Shown here one piece after another: positions 41,121-55,892 of a DNA stretch of 64,000 bases. The position numbers were made by a program, and so were the translations under genes. The stretch's first letter is position 1; each line of letters starts with the position of its first letter. The stretch spans positions 55,738,001-55,802,000 of the forward strand of contig NC_043003.1 in NCBI RefSeq assembly GCF_006345805.1. The letters run 5' to 3'. The notes below the pieces were generated by a model. The model was not told the DNA's origin and did no database searches. It saw only the letters and a program-made list of their open reading frames with translations. Origin of the DNA: Octopus sinensis (taxonomy: Eukaryota).

Positions 41121-42996
41121 GCGTTTATACATAATTACCTACAAACTGAATACTGGAGCTAAATTGTTTTATTACACATATTTACAATCGTTTCACAGGA
41201 ATTCGAATTCAAGAGTGTTGTTATATTATTATGTAATATATGAAACTATAAGCTCCTGATGTAAACTTACATCGAGACAATCGAATGTCAGCTCATCAGA
41301 ATTATATATATAATTTATTTGCATATGTCCTATATACATATAGGATTCCGAGGAGCTGAAACTCAATTCTATCGATATTATGATGCGTCTTGAGTAAATT
41401 AATGCATATATTATATAATAATATAACAATACAATTGTATGCGAACCCCAGGGGAACATTTGTAAATTTATGTAATAACATACTTCGCCAATTCCATTCT
41501 CCTTGTTAATAATTGTGTAATTTTTACGAATATTCAGGATTTTGGGGGAAAATGATTTGTAAAGTATCAGTTTCTGATTTATAGTCTTATCCGATAATCT
41601 GTACTCGACGATGAGTATCGAAAAGTAAATTCCAGGAATAATACCCGGATGAAATGTCTGTGCATACATACATACATGCATACATACATATATGTATGCA
41701 TACATATGTAGCAATTTCATTCGGATGCTATACTTTTTTGTCATCGTATATAGCATGAAAATATTTACATGCACACGCACACACACGCACGCACGCACAC
41801 ACAATATGCAAATACACACGCACATACACAGTCAAACACACACAAAATGGAATAGAATATGATAAAAGTATTTACACTTTTATCAAAATAAACTACCGGT
41901 TTCAATTATTTAACAACTATTCATTCAATAAAAAATCGAACATAGATTGAATCAAATTATATACACCTTTCAGACTGGAGCTTTGAAAGTTCACGCGTTT
42001 TTTAATTAATATTTACATGCTGGTCGAGCAGGCCACTTTATGATACGTACAAAGTCAGAATATCAACAGTAACATTATGGACATTGACATCGGTCTATTG
42101 TTTCTACTCGGAGCAACAGAAGCCTTGGTAGTGTTGATATTCAGGTGTCGTTCGTAATAGTAGAGAACGTGTATGTTGATGGTCGAATTTTTATTAGCAC
42201 CAATGGCAGGAGTCAAAGGAGTGATGTTGATATCCGCTTCATTAGCAAAAGTAGAAGTTGCATTAGTGACTGAAAAAAAAAATCACATTAGTAATGATGG
42301 AAATGGTAGAAACTCACAGTATAGTATTAACAGTCCTTCTCCCTCTTTTAGTAACGACAAATGTGTTAGTACCCGTAGCCCGTAGCACATTAATAATTGC
42401 AGCAGTGTCTGTAGTGGTAGCACCAGCAATTTCACCAGTAGCACTAGTATTTGTAGCATAAGGAATAGTCATTTTTTCATTGCCCGCCTGCTTAAGAAGT
42501 GGTAAGTATTTCGTTACAAAAGTAGTTTCTTTGTTATGCGATGTTATTGCAATGTGCCATCGGCAAATTCACACACGGGAAAGGGGGTAAAATTTGGCTC
42601 TTTCTTACGTTCGAATGCAAAAACATCACGCATTTTCACTATTCCTTAAAGGCATACCAGGTATTTTACACAACAATGTCACAGAGATCTAGTTACAGTG
42701 GGGATCAAACAATTAGCATCTAAACAAGTGGAAAAATTAATTTGCTTATTTCTACCTTTGATACTTTCTCATTCAATGAACAATGACACTCACACACACT
42801 TATATATATTACTGGTTTCTGTCCATGTTTCGCATATAAAACTTCATACAAATTCCAAGTTATTTTCTTAGTTCAGTTTGCTTCACATATAAGTGTGTGT
42901 GTGCCTGTACGAGTATATTGATAGATAGAAATAGAAATATATATATTATATATATATATAATATATATATATATATAATATATATATAATATATAC

Positions 42997-43028
<32 letters not shown>

Positions 43029-43979
43029 TATATACATATGTACATGCATATATCTCTCTATAGCCGGTAAATGTGTGTGTGCGTGTGTGTTTGTAATAAT
43101 TTGTGTCGTTGGTACTTGACATAATAGAAATAGTCTATGTTAAAAGTCATACTACTGGCACTGAGTTGTTGCTCTTAGCTGTTTTATTCACAAACAAACA
43201 CTTATATATATATAAATATACATTTAACCACACATACATAATATATTACATTTATATATTATATATATATTATATATATATATTATATTATATATATATA
43301 TATATTATATTTATATATATATAAAATATATATATGTATATACATACTATATACATACGGTACGTACATACATATGTATATCCTATACATATATTCACGG
43401 ATATATGTATTTTGTGTCTGTGTCGGAATGTGGGTATCATGTCAACAAAACCAGACAAATGTTATCCAATATCAACGACATTCTAATAGTCTGTTTTGAA
43501 TTCTGTAAGTATACATTGCTGTGAAGAAAATCGGTAATTTATGTATATTTTCAAGAAATCTCCCTAGGTGTTCAGAATTATTTCCTATATATAAATTTGA
43601 ATCGCTTGCTTTACTATTTATTTAACATTCATCTTTTTCTGCAGTCTACATGTTACGTCTGTTGAATTACCTACTTTAACTTTGCCACTTACAGTAATTT
43701 TAAGGTTGAAATCAACGAATGTTTTGGTTGAGAGTTTTACTAATGTTGTTTAGTGCTGATGACATTTTGGGGCAGTCAAGACTATAGATAATGGTGTTGA
43801 TATATCACAATTTATCGTGGTAAGGTTATTAAGATTTAGGATTTTTTTCTTTTCAGCTTTGGGCTGCTATCATGACTTCGTCCAAAAGTGATATTATTTC
43901 TTTATTACCTATCCGTATGTTAATATTTACGACCTAATAGTTAGGGTAGTGGGTAGAGATTTTCTTCACTACTTCATGG

Positions 43980-44365
43980 AGTGACGACCCTGCCTGAGAC
44001 GAGTCCTGGGCTCAGCTGGCTGCGGCTGATCATACCCGGTATGGACCCCTATCCAGGGTTACGGAAAGGAGAAAACGTTCAAAGAAATCCCGAGTGGAAC
44101 CCCGTAGGTGGTTTAGTGTTCGACTCAACACTCTCCGGCAGCTCCTTCAACGAAGCTGGTGCCAAATGTACTGCTCTGCACTCCTTCTGATTACGTCCAC
44201 TAGGTTGAGAGAGGAATCCTGATGATTGGGCTACCCAGGATTTTAATACATCTAGCCCAGGCCTGCGCAAGACTGGAGAGGAAATGAAATGTAAAAACCA
44301 GACTGTATTAGTTTATGCGCAATTCCATTGTCTCCTGAGACAATAGGATGCCAACAACAACAAGC
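43980..44365 (-). mobile_element. Probable RTE-clade LINE 5' UTR fragment
   Basis: GC-richer island; minus strand contains GTTGTTGGCATCC..GAGACAATGGA and GCAGAGCAGTACATTTGGCACCAGCTT..GGAGCTGCCGG, motifs I recall from RTE 5' UTRs (recall only, not searched). Confidence 0.5.
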
Positions 44366-44584
44366 AGTTAGGGTGTTACACTCACTATGGTGAGATAGTG
44401 CATTCAATTTCTAGACTGGTTGGTGCGTTATTCTCTTAGGTAATTCACTTCATCTCACGTTTGTTTGCAATCACTTTCACACTTGAAGTGTGGTACATCA
44501 CACATTCCTTCAGGCAACGTCGATTTGTTGGAGGGAGTGAACTAATTTTGATCACTATAAACAAATCATTTGAGTAGGTCGTCC

Positions 44585-44790
44585 GGCACAAAGCTGAGTA
44601 CCCATACGTTGAAAAACCGGTCTAAATGCCTCTAGCATTTACGTTCTGAAATCAGATTCCGCCCAGGTCGCCTTTACCTTTCATCCTTTTGGGGTCTACA
44701 AAATAAGTACCAGTTGAAGACTGCGGTTGATGTAACCGACTTGCCCTCTCCCCGAAGTTGATGGCCATGTGCTAAAATTTGAAACCAATA
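44585..44790 (+). mobile_element. SINE copy
   Basis: TTTACGTTCTGAAATCAGATTCCGCCCAGGTCGCCTTTACCTTTCATCCTTTTGGGGTC..AAATAAGTACCAGTT. Confidence 0.75.
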
Positions 44791-45850
44791 TGAAGTTAGA
44801 AATATATTTTATAGCATGCAGGATTGTGGACATTTGCTATTATTCGTAATATTGGAGCAGTCTTTAAGAAAATCTGCAACTTTTAATAACAGAGGTCTAT
44901 TTATAGATGAATAATAATCAGTTATGATAAATTGGATAAAAGAGGATTTTCGTTTATCCTGAATGATTCAAGACCAATTTATTACAATTTTTTTTTTTTG
45001 TTTTAAAGTGTTAATCTCAAAGATTTTCTGGATGTTGGTGAATTTGCCTCGGATGTCATTACAAATTGTTGCTTCATTTGGCCATACGTGCCTAATTATG
45101 GGATTATTCATACGTTGTATTTCATTTCCTAAATTGTTACTGATGTTGTTTTATTTCATTGTTGGAATTTCTACTCTTTCATCTACGTTAAGTCACGCGG
45201 CTCTCTTGGTAATCTCGTTATTAATGGAGTTTAATATATAATTGGTTGTCTTCTTTTATAATTGTTAACAACGTTGTCTTGGCAGGGTATTATAATGTTA
45301 TTATAGTATAGTTCCTATGTCTTCCTTATTTTGTATGTTTTCATAAATATGTTGTTTGATTCCTTTGTATTCTCTAACATTTTCTCCCGGGAGGTATTAT
45401 TTACTTTCTTTCTACACCATTTTAAAGTTGTACTTTACGAAATGTTGCAAGGTGGGCACATTTTGTCCTAAAGCCGATCTTAAATTCTCTTTGTTCTTAA
45501 TCAGTTTTGCTGAAAAGAGAACTTTCCATTGCATTCTGTTACATAGTGTTAAGAGATCTATGTAGTATATTAAGAATTTATTAAAAATTTTCTGTATTCT
45601 TATAACTATAGTTTTAGTAGACACATCGATCGGGAGAGTGTTCATTATTTAGCCGTCAAGCTTAAAATACAAAGAGGACATCATTTGCCTGGGTGCAATG
45701 TGATATGAATTTAAGCCATTGAAGAATATGTTGAGTGTTTAAAACATACTGTATTCGTATCACAAGAAGTCCAAATTGCGAAAGGTGTTATGCTTATAGA
45801 CATGCATATTTATATACAAACACACACACACACACCACACACACACACAC

Positions 45851-45928
<78 letters not shown>

Positions 45929-46180
45929 TATACATTACCATAAATATTTAAAAAATGTATATTATCGATGTATGAATGTTATCTTCAAGATAGTCTGAGA
46001 TATATTGAGATGAATATAATTAAATCAAAATTATTTATCTAATTATAGTGAAAACAAAATGACATATGCGTATAGATGACAATGAATACATCTAATTATG
46101 TATCTATCAATATACATGTATTACCCACATACATACACACGAACGTACACACAAACAAACATGCATATATATACACCTGA

Positions 46181-46222
<42 letters not shown>

Positions 46223-46385
46223 ACAACATATATATATCCCATATATATAATACAAACATATATATACATATATATGCTAATTATATATATATATATGGAT
46301 ATATACAAGTATATATATGTATATATTAATTATATATATATATGGATATGTACAAATATATATATATATATATTTGTATATATCC

Positions 46386-46421
<36 letters not shown>

Positions 46422-46442
46422 AATATATATATATATAATTAA

Positions 46443-46476
<34 letters not shown>

Positions 46477-46497
46477 ATAATATATATATAATTAATC

Positions 46498-46528
<31 letters not shown>

Positions 46529-47020
46529 TATATATATATCTATAATATATATATATATATATATTTTCTACGTATGCTAGTTATGTACGTATGTGTGCTT
46601 TCATATACACATGTATATAAGCGTGTACACCTAGATAAACTTATCTGTATATTCAGGTCTATATATGTAAACGTACGCACAAATACTAATTAATTTTTTC
46701 GTCTATTTCTATTAAATTTCTTTCCTTGCTGATGGAGTGTGTATATAGCAAAGCAGAAGATAAACAATTTCAAGAGGGGGTGCTTTACAATGTACAATTC
46801 TTACTACAATAGAACTGCATCATTGTGGAATTTGAGTAGGACATAAGTATTTTGTCATTAGTGAACTACAATCTTTGAGAGAAAAAAATTAAAACTTTCA
46901 TTTTACAATGCTTCAGCGTATTCTTACACATATATACGCATGGTCCCCACTCATGTACACGCAGCGATATCTACGTACACTCACACATACAAATACAGAG
47001 ACACGGTTATATTATATATA

Positions 47021-47059
<39 letters not shown>

Positions 47060-47245
47060 AAGAGTGAGAAAGATAGATATTCAGATTGCATATTCACACA
47101 CACACACACATACATACATAATACAGATATATATGCATGAATATATGTGTATACATATATATATATATGCATTTACAATATATATATATATATATATATA
47201 CATATATACATATCTGTAATATATGTGACAATTATTCGGTTACCA

Positions 47246-47312
47246 TAATAAAACTCCGTGTTTCGGATGTCGCGGGAGGAGGAAAACTCCTCCGGCATTT
47301 CGTCAGGTATTA
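47246..47312 (-). ncRNA. Candidate type I hammerhead (slightly degenerate)
   Basis: Minus: TAATAC-CTGACGA-AATGCC GGAGGAG TTTTC CTCCTCC CGCGACATCC-GAAA-C ACGGA G-TT-TTATTA. Core intact; first pairs of stems I and II mismatched. Confidence 0.55.
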
Positions 47313-47769
47313 AAACAAACAATAATGCTATGAAATTAGTCGTTAAAGAAGGGGAAGTTACGATGTAAATCTCTGTTATTAAGACAAGCAAAAGAGCTAT
47401 TGCAATGATCGTTAAAGGGAAAAATCCCGAAGGGGAGAATTATAGACATTTTCCAATTAATCATAGTTACAGAGATCCCTTCAATAGACATAATGTAAAA
47501 ATCAGTTTTAGCTCAACTATTAATCTCTAAAATATAATCGCACACAATATACAATAACAACAACATGAAACCAGCTCTTCATGCAGAGATAAAAATTTGT
47601 GCCAGCTAAATAGATCTTTCAAGTCCAAAACCATAATTTATGAAGCCACTGTAGATTTTACAACCACCAAGGACATAGTTTCGTCAAAGACATGATGATG
47701 ATGATGATAACAGCAACAACAGTAATAATAAGTGATATGACCACAAGGTGTAGAATATGTTGGAGGTTT

Positions 47770-48085
47770 AATATATGACGATCCTATGGGATCGTAGAAT
47801 GCAAAGAGATAAGATCATGGAACACTTTCCGCCATACATCGTTATCTTTAACAAAACATCTCGTGAATGTGTAAGGGTGGATATAGAGTGCCTCTTCGAT
47901 ACCAGAATGAAAGAGAAAGAACAGGAAAAGCTTAATAAGTATAATACTCTGAGATACAAGATCGGGCGAGTGTGGAATTGTTCGCCTTCTGGGGCCCCGA
48001 CCTGGAGCTGGAGCATTGCCTTCGGGAGGCATACGGCCTGGTTGGGGAGAAAGGATAAAGTGGCTTTAGTGCCTAAATGTTTGTG
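47770..48085 (+). pseudogene. RLE-domain 3' fragment of another R4/Dong-like LINE
   Basis: TILWDRRMQRDKIMEH.PPYIVIFNK..RECVRVDIECLFD.RMKEKEQEKLNKYNTLRYKIGRVW; preceded by (GAT)n/(AAC)/(AAT) repeats. Confidence 0.8.
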
Positions 48086-50441
48086 ATTGTGTGTAAGAGG
48101 CTCAGCGCCTCAATTTGTAATGGACTATTAATTCCAGTAATTTTATAACTGAAGTAAGAGGTTTAATACCTGTTTTTTTTTTTTGTTTGGAAAACAAAAG
48201 AAAAACAATGTTTTAGAGAAGCAGAAGATCGGCGGGCGATATTGCTCCTCTCCTTAATATCATAATTTCGTTTATCATTTCATCCCATTAATGTAATGTC
48301 CAGCCCGCAGCTACATCTGTGTAATGCCCTTGTGGCAAATTATATGAATAAGATTATGAGATTGTAAGAGTGAACAGGTAATACCAGTCGTCATCAACGA
48401 GTTATGTACCATAAGCGCAAATTTTGAAAAATTCGAAGAAAGTTTTGGCTGTTCCAACGATTCTGACAGGTCGCTGTTCTTACAGCAATATTAATGTCCC
48501 CTGACAAGCGCATTTGTGAGTGGTTGTACAGATAGCCGTTGCTGCGTAAGTCTATCACAATACGTCTCGTATTGCTTTGAGAAGTAACGATCGAGACAAT
48601 AAGTAGATAACTGATAGAACTTGTGTTCATGTGAAAATCACTGAAGATACTGCCCAGTCATAGTAAAACACATACTTCGCTCCAGTTTTCAACTGACCAG
48701 AGTACAATGCCTGCTCTTTAATGCTGTCCATTCGTTTGGCCACAATGTCCATCACTCCCCAGTACAGTGTCAGAATCGTCTTATACTGTGATTGTTGATG
48801 CGTAGAGATATGAGACAAAGTGGCAACTGTAGAGATTCCCGGACGTTGAATATCTGTGGTAGCCGTCTGCTGACGGTTGTCAGGAAAAGCTTTGAATTGA
48901 TCGAATTTAATAAATTCGCACAGAAGCTAAATATGTTATCTACGCCGTTTATGACGTTTGGTGTGTGGCGGATCGTATGTTGGACATATCGGCCGTGAAT
49001 CACACACTTCTGAGTTTTATATTAATACCAACGACAAGCTTCAATAACTTCATATGCACCATGTGTAAATCATAAATCTTCATTATAAAGAATTAGAACC
49101 GACATTTAATTGTTGATTAGGCCCCTCTTATTTATTTTCTAATAATGCTGTATGGAAAATCAAAACCGAAAAACACAGGTTTCATTATTTTCTTTAGACT
49201 ATAATAATTTTCAATCTAAAAGAAATGTGAGGAATATTTTGCTTTAAAAAGTGTTTAATTAATATATTCTACTAGAAAATTTCTAGAGAATGAAATAATT
49301 CAATAGGTGATCAGTACTGAATAGAAATTATAAGAATTTCCTAATAAACAACAAAAATGAATATGTGTATTCTATTTTCTTTGTAATCCTTTCAGTTCAA
49401 ATTTGAATTACTAATCCGGTCTAATAATATGAAGAAATGATTATCTCCCTTGTAATAGTTTCTCACTAAGGTAAGGCACATTCTCATAATCATATTGATG
49501 TTAAAGAGAGGATGCTCTTTTCTTGTTTGAATATCATATGTAAAATGGAGGTGAGTAGTTTAGTGAATACAGTGGTGCATTCGTGATCGTAAGAGTGTGG
49601 TTTCGATTCCTGAACAGGGCGGTGTGCTGTGAATTCTTCACTTCTTTTCATTTTGAACCAGTCGACCTAGGTGACAAAAACGAATAACCTTGTGACGGAT
49701 CGATGACCTGTAGAAGGTTATGTATACTATAAAATCCAGGAAGCATACCTTATGAACCAATGTCTCGGAAAGGACTTTTAAGCCATTTTGATCAAATAGA
49801 AATGAAAATACAGAATATCCTCTCAAAAATATTCAATATATTTGACTTAACGAAAAAAAAAGAAGCTTCCTTGTACCGGTCAGCCAAATCATGGAGAAAA
49901 CTGGCTGAGCTGAATTATATAGCTAATAAACTAAATTCCGTTCCTAACCTAAACTGCATATTAGGTGTAAACCCTGCAAACCAAATCTTCCTTTCCAACC
50001 GTGTCCAATTCGAAGTAAATTTACAAAACAAATTCACCTTCTGGATGTTTAAGAAGTCTTTAGCCCTCATAAATGTGAATAATGGTTGTCCGCCTTATCA
50101 CTTAGTAGTGAAACCTAAAGCAACCTAGGGTGAATCTTGTTTCGTCAGAGCAACGAAAGAGGGGAAAACTGTGTGGCATTCACTTGTAGAGATACTATGG
50201 CGGTACAACGGGCGATGCCTAATCTGTTGACAGCGCTATTATGACAAAGAAAGTTTGAAACTTGTCCGTAATTCTTGCGTTTAAAACTTTTCGGATGGGG
50301 TGCATTGGTTGATGTTCACCGCAGTCTTGGTTACAAAACCGGCTTTAGAATAAATAGGAGGAGGAGGGGAAGAGAATGGGGAGGACGAGAAAAAGAAGAC
50401 GAAGAAGAAGAAGAAGAAGATAATTATGATGATGATGATGG

Positions 50442-50478
<37 letters not shown>

Positions 50479-50578
50479 AAACGAGAAGTAGGAGGGAAGA
50501 GAATTACAAAACATGAAAAACTGTAAAGATGTATGTATTTATGTATGTATCTATACGCACACACATACAATAAAGATA

Positions 50579-50618
<40 letters not shown>

Positions 50619-50689
50619 CATATATGTATGTATAATATGCATATATATATATGTATATATATACATACATACATACATATATATATGTG

Positions 50690-50771
<82 letters not shown>

Positions 50772-51137
50772 TATTTCATCGAATATTAACAAAGAATTTT
50801 TATTAATTGCTTTTGTTATCCTTTCAGTTTGGCAAGTTGATATTCACCGAATGATGAATGAAAGAAATACAATAACAAACCATATACTTCTCTCTTTTCA
50901 TTCACCATCACCTCTTCACACCATCGTTTCACATACATACAACTGCGCTCGCAAGCATACCTACGTTTTGTCTGTGTTGCTCTGGTATAAACTTTGTGGG
51001 TGCCCGAATTTGGCACATGCACAACTAATACACGCTTTAGAGTACTTATCTCTTGAATTGTGTCTATCTCTCTGCCAATCTGTGTTCTTTCTATCTCTCT
51101 CTCTTTCTCTTTCTCTCTCTCTCCCTCTCTCTCTCTC

Positions 51138-51221
<84 letters not shown>

Positions 51222-51270
51222 ACATATGTACATATATATATATATATGTACATATATATGCATATATGCA

Positions 51271-51313
<43 letters not shown>

Positions 51314-51583
51314 TATATATAATTTGTGGTGCATTCTTTCAATCGATTGCTCTTATTTTTCATACTCAATCTCTCCTTCTCGTTGCGTATACTTCTACAC
51401 ATGATCACAAACAACCCTCCTATATATCACTCCCCTCCTTCTACATTTCATCCTCTCCGCCACTCTCTCTCTCTCACTCACTCTCTCTCTCTCTCTCATT
51501 TATTATTCTTTCTCTGTCGGATTCTCTCTCTATCTCTTTCTCTTTCTGTTCGATGATGATATTGCCTTCTTGATACACACACA

Positions 51584-51614
<31 letters not shown>

Positions 51615-52048
51615 CACACAAAATCACACACAAAAACTCTCACACGCACACACACACATAAATCTGTCTCCAGGTCAGTCTGTTTTCTCAATCTCGAACG
51701 AACACATGCATGCAAGACCTCATACATCTACGCAAGTTTACAGGCATACACAAATCGCATCTTCTCTCTTTCCTTCTCTTTCCTTCACTCTTTCTCTCTC
51801 CCTTCTGTCTCTCCTCTCAATTTCAAGTTCCATATATATTATACACGCTAATATACACACGCTAATATACACACATATGCAAGCATATAAATACATACGG
51901 ACATACGCTCACATACATAGACATACGAGCATATACACATACATGTAAGAATATAATTCCATACGGACATACACTCATATACATAGATATACGAGCATAT
52001 ACACATACATAAATAAATACATTCACAAACATGTATGCATACATGTAG

Positions 52049-52117
<69 letters not shown>

Positions 52118-52769
52118 CATACATACTTAAGCATACATATATATATGTGCATACATAGAAATGTACATGCACATTTTAATATAAACATGTACACTCGCAT
52201 ACAAAGGCATATTGCATGAAAGAAAGAAAGAAAGATAAGAAGAGAGATGTAACACAAGAAGGAAAGAAAGCAAGAAAGGAAGGAAGAAAGAAGGGTGGAA
52301 TTAAATGAACGAATAAATGAATAGATGAATATACCAATAGAATAGGAATGACTGAAACGGAATGGAATGGAATGGAACGGAATGGAAACGGTGGCTGAAA
52401 TGAAGTGACATGACATAAAAATGATAACGAAATGAAATATGAAGTCACTAACAGCAAAAACAACAACAGGGTGCACGATGATGAGATCAGGCGGTTAAGA
52501 GAGAAGTGAGAGGTAATGAAAGAAAGATGGAGATGATTTGTCTGAGTAAACGTCAGCAACAATTGATGTATTGTAAATGATGGGAGACAAACTGTTTCTG
52601 TTAAATTTTCGAAATGGTTAGTTCCTTGGTGTTAGTCTTAATGGCTTTGTGATTGTCTGTGGGAGTAACGAAGTGAAGGTTACTTTAACAATAATATATA
52701 GACCTCCGGGCAAATCAATGCACTGGGCTATATTTAATTACTGGTATACATTTACTGGGAACTGACGGC

Positions 52770-53640
52770 CGTGCAGTTGTTTTAAGGCCTCGAGTAACCG
52801 ACCATTGAGCATTTGCCTTTAACCAGCACTGGTGATAGATGGTCTAAGTTGTAATGTCAGATAGTTGTTATGATGTATGGTATTTGTTGTGACGACTGAT
52901 GGGTTTTTTGGTGGTTTTTTAGCTGTTGTGGGGTTGTTGTAATGGGCGGTAGCTGTTGTGACGGCTGTTCGTGGTTTGGACGGCTGGTGGTTGTTCTGAT
53001 GACTGCCACCCATTGTGATGTTTCCTGGTTGTTTTGATGGTTGGTAGCTGTTGTGATCGAGGGTGGTTCAGATGGTTGTTGATCGATCTGATAGTTTGCA
53101 GTTGTTCTAATTAGTCTTCTGATGTTTGTTAGTTGTTGTGACGTCTGGTGATTTTTGTGATGGTTGTGATGGTTTTTGTTAGTTCTAATTGGTTGATATT
53201 TGTTGTGATGTTTGATAGCTGTTGTGAAGGTTGTTTGTGATTCTGATGGTCGTTGGTGGTTCTGATGGTTAGTGGTTGTCTGATGAATGTTCTGATGCAT
53301 AGTATTTCCTGTGATGGTTCTCCTATTTGATGGTTGTTCTGATGGATTATGGTCTTTCTGACCGTTGATAGTTGTAGTGATGTTCCGTGATGTTGTGATC
53401 GTTCATAGTTATTTTGGTGGTTTGTGTTTCTTGTAATGACTAATATTGATGCCATGTTTGGAGACAGTTGTGACCCTCGGTAGACAGTGTGATGGCAGGC
53501 AGTTGTTATGCTGGCTGGCGATTGTTGTGATCTTTCGTGCTATTGTGTTTGCGAAAGCGGTTGTGATGTTTAAAGCTTGTTTCATAGTTGATATTAATGA
53601 TGGTGATTCTTGTAATGGACGCAGTTATCGTGACGCTTGC
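52770..53640. repeat. Degenerate GTTGTGATGGTT-like minisatellite/low-complexity tract
   Basis: Recurring (A)GTTGTGA(T/C)GG(T) motifs over about 870 bp. Confidence 0.8.
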
Positions 53641-53858
53641 ATGCATATAGACAGGTTTATATTCATATCGTAACTTTCACGTATGTGCATATATTCTTAC
53701 ATGTATTCGGAGGTTAAGCTAATGGTGTAGCCCTCTCTTAAGATAAGATATCGTGCAATTTGTCTATTGCAGATATATAATTATATTTGCATCGGGATGT
53801 TTTAATTTCAGTCTCGTGAGTATACTTTAAATTTTGATACAAGAGCATGTGTTTAAGC

Positions 53859-53896
<38 letters not shown>

Positions 53897-54994
53897 CTAC
53901 ACATATATCTATCTATATATATATATATATGTGTGTGAGTATGTCAATATAAATGGCAATGCGTGTATATATATTGATATATTTATGCATACATGTATAC
54001 ATACCTACACTCGTACATACACACATACAAGTATGTATGTATCAATTTAAATCGGAATTTTCTTAGAGATACAACTTTAAGTGGTCAGTACCATGAATTT
54101 AGACCATAAAGGCGAATAAAATTATCTTAAATGCCGTACAGGATAAATTTAGCTCTATGATTTACTGAAATTACACTCGTATCGAGAAACAAAATTCTCA
54201 CTGATTGCTACTCAATGTGAGAGTTATGGAGTTAATTACAAGAAATTAAATCTTCTCATGAATTAACATGCCTTTGAGAGCACGATTATCTGTACTGCTC
54301 TCTGTATGCTAGCTATGGATGTTTATGTATATATGTTTCTGAGAGTAAAATGTTAAACAACTCATAATAGCCACATGTTAATAACATTTAAGTAGTGGCT
54401 GACAAAAGAAGGCAATAATAGGTTATATTTTATATTTTCGTGGGTAAATTAACAAAAATTATGGAAGGTAGTATGCTGTGATGTAGTTGGGTAAGATGGA
54501 TCGAAAATGAAGTTTAGTTCTAAGGACTGCTTTGCATTATTGAAATTTCCATAAATGGGTATAAGCGGACCAATATGTAAAATAGGGGTGAGAAAGGGGA
54601 TATTTTATGAGTCGAAGGAATAAATAGACATGTCCAGCACAGCCTTGTCCTGCCTTTATTCTCGTCGTTCATAACATTTTGAGAAGGAAACAATAAAATG
54701 CAATAATGTACTAATTTAATTGGCATTATTCAAAATAAACATTTTCTTAAGAGTAATAATTCCAAATATCAATAATATTTCTCTCTCACTCTCACTCTCG
54801 CTTTCACATTCACTATCTCTCTTTCTCTCACTCTCTCAATCTCTATCTCCCTCTCTTTGTATATATATTTACAGTAGATAGATGAATAGATAGATAAATA
54901 GATACCCACACATACACATACATACATACATACATACATACATACATACATAAATACATACATACATACGTACATACATACATACATACATACA

Positions 54995-55025
<31 letters not shown>

Positions 55026-55175
55026 CATACATACATGCATGCATAGAGAAACAAGATTAAATTTTAAAATGTACGGACAAAATAAATTTCAATATGTTTC
55101 TAAATAGTTTTTTTGATATAAAGATAAAAACTTATTATCTACTCGACATTTTCAGTTAACGAATTTAATTGATTT

Positions 55176-55793
55176 ACACGAGGGTTTTTCTGAAATAAAT
55201 GCTAAAGTGCGCATAATTTTTATTAACAAACACTGGCCTTAGAAATTGCACATACATGTTAGCCGAGTAAATCTTCCCGCGTACAAAAGCATTACTCATC
55301 ATATACGCTATCACAATTTATGCACTTACACCATTGCACAACTTCCGAATGGTCTTGGAGAGAATTCAAGTGTGCGCTTTTCTCCCCTCTTCATTACAAC
55401 CACTTTCAACACATGTGTCAAGAGTATCGTTGTTCTTGAATCCTGTGTTTCATTAGACTGAGCAGGAAGAAGCCAAAGAGTGCAAGATTTGGATTATACA
55501 AAGGACGCAGGAGGAGGGCCCTGATTAGCCCGAATATCTGATTGTCTCATTTTCATTCCAAGGATATGTGTAGTTCTGTATTGCCATGACAAATGTGGGT
55601 CATGTTCAGTTTCTTGTTCGGTCTCTTCCTCTTAATGAATATTCTCTATGGTTCCCTTAGTGTTTCAGTGTGCCAGTCACACTCTCCCTCATTTTCTCTC
55701 ACTCACATTCTCCCTCTCTATGTATGTATGTATGTATGTATGTATGTATGTATGTCTGTATGTATGTATGTATGTATCTATCTATCTATCTAC

Positions 55794-55829
<36 letters not shown>

Positions 55830-55856
55830 ATCTATCTATCTCTTTGTCTCTCTGTC

Positions 55857-55892
<36 letters not shown>

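Noticed and set aside
48390-49010. Unique-looking segment with an about 100-codon minus frame (..YSGQLKTGAKYVFYYDW..) and CTGAAGATACTG..TAGTAAAAC
   Set aside because: No recognised domain; the hammerhead-like words lack GAAA and stem I.
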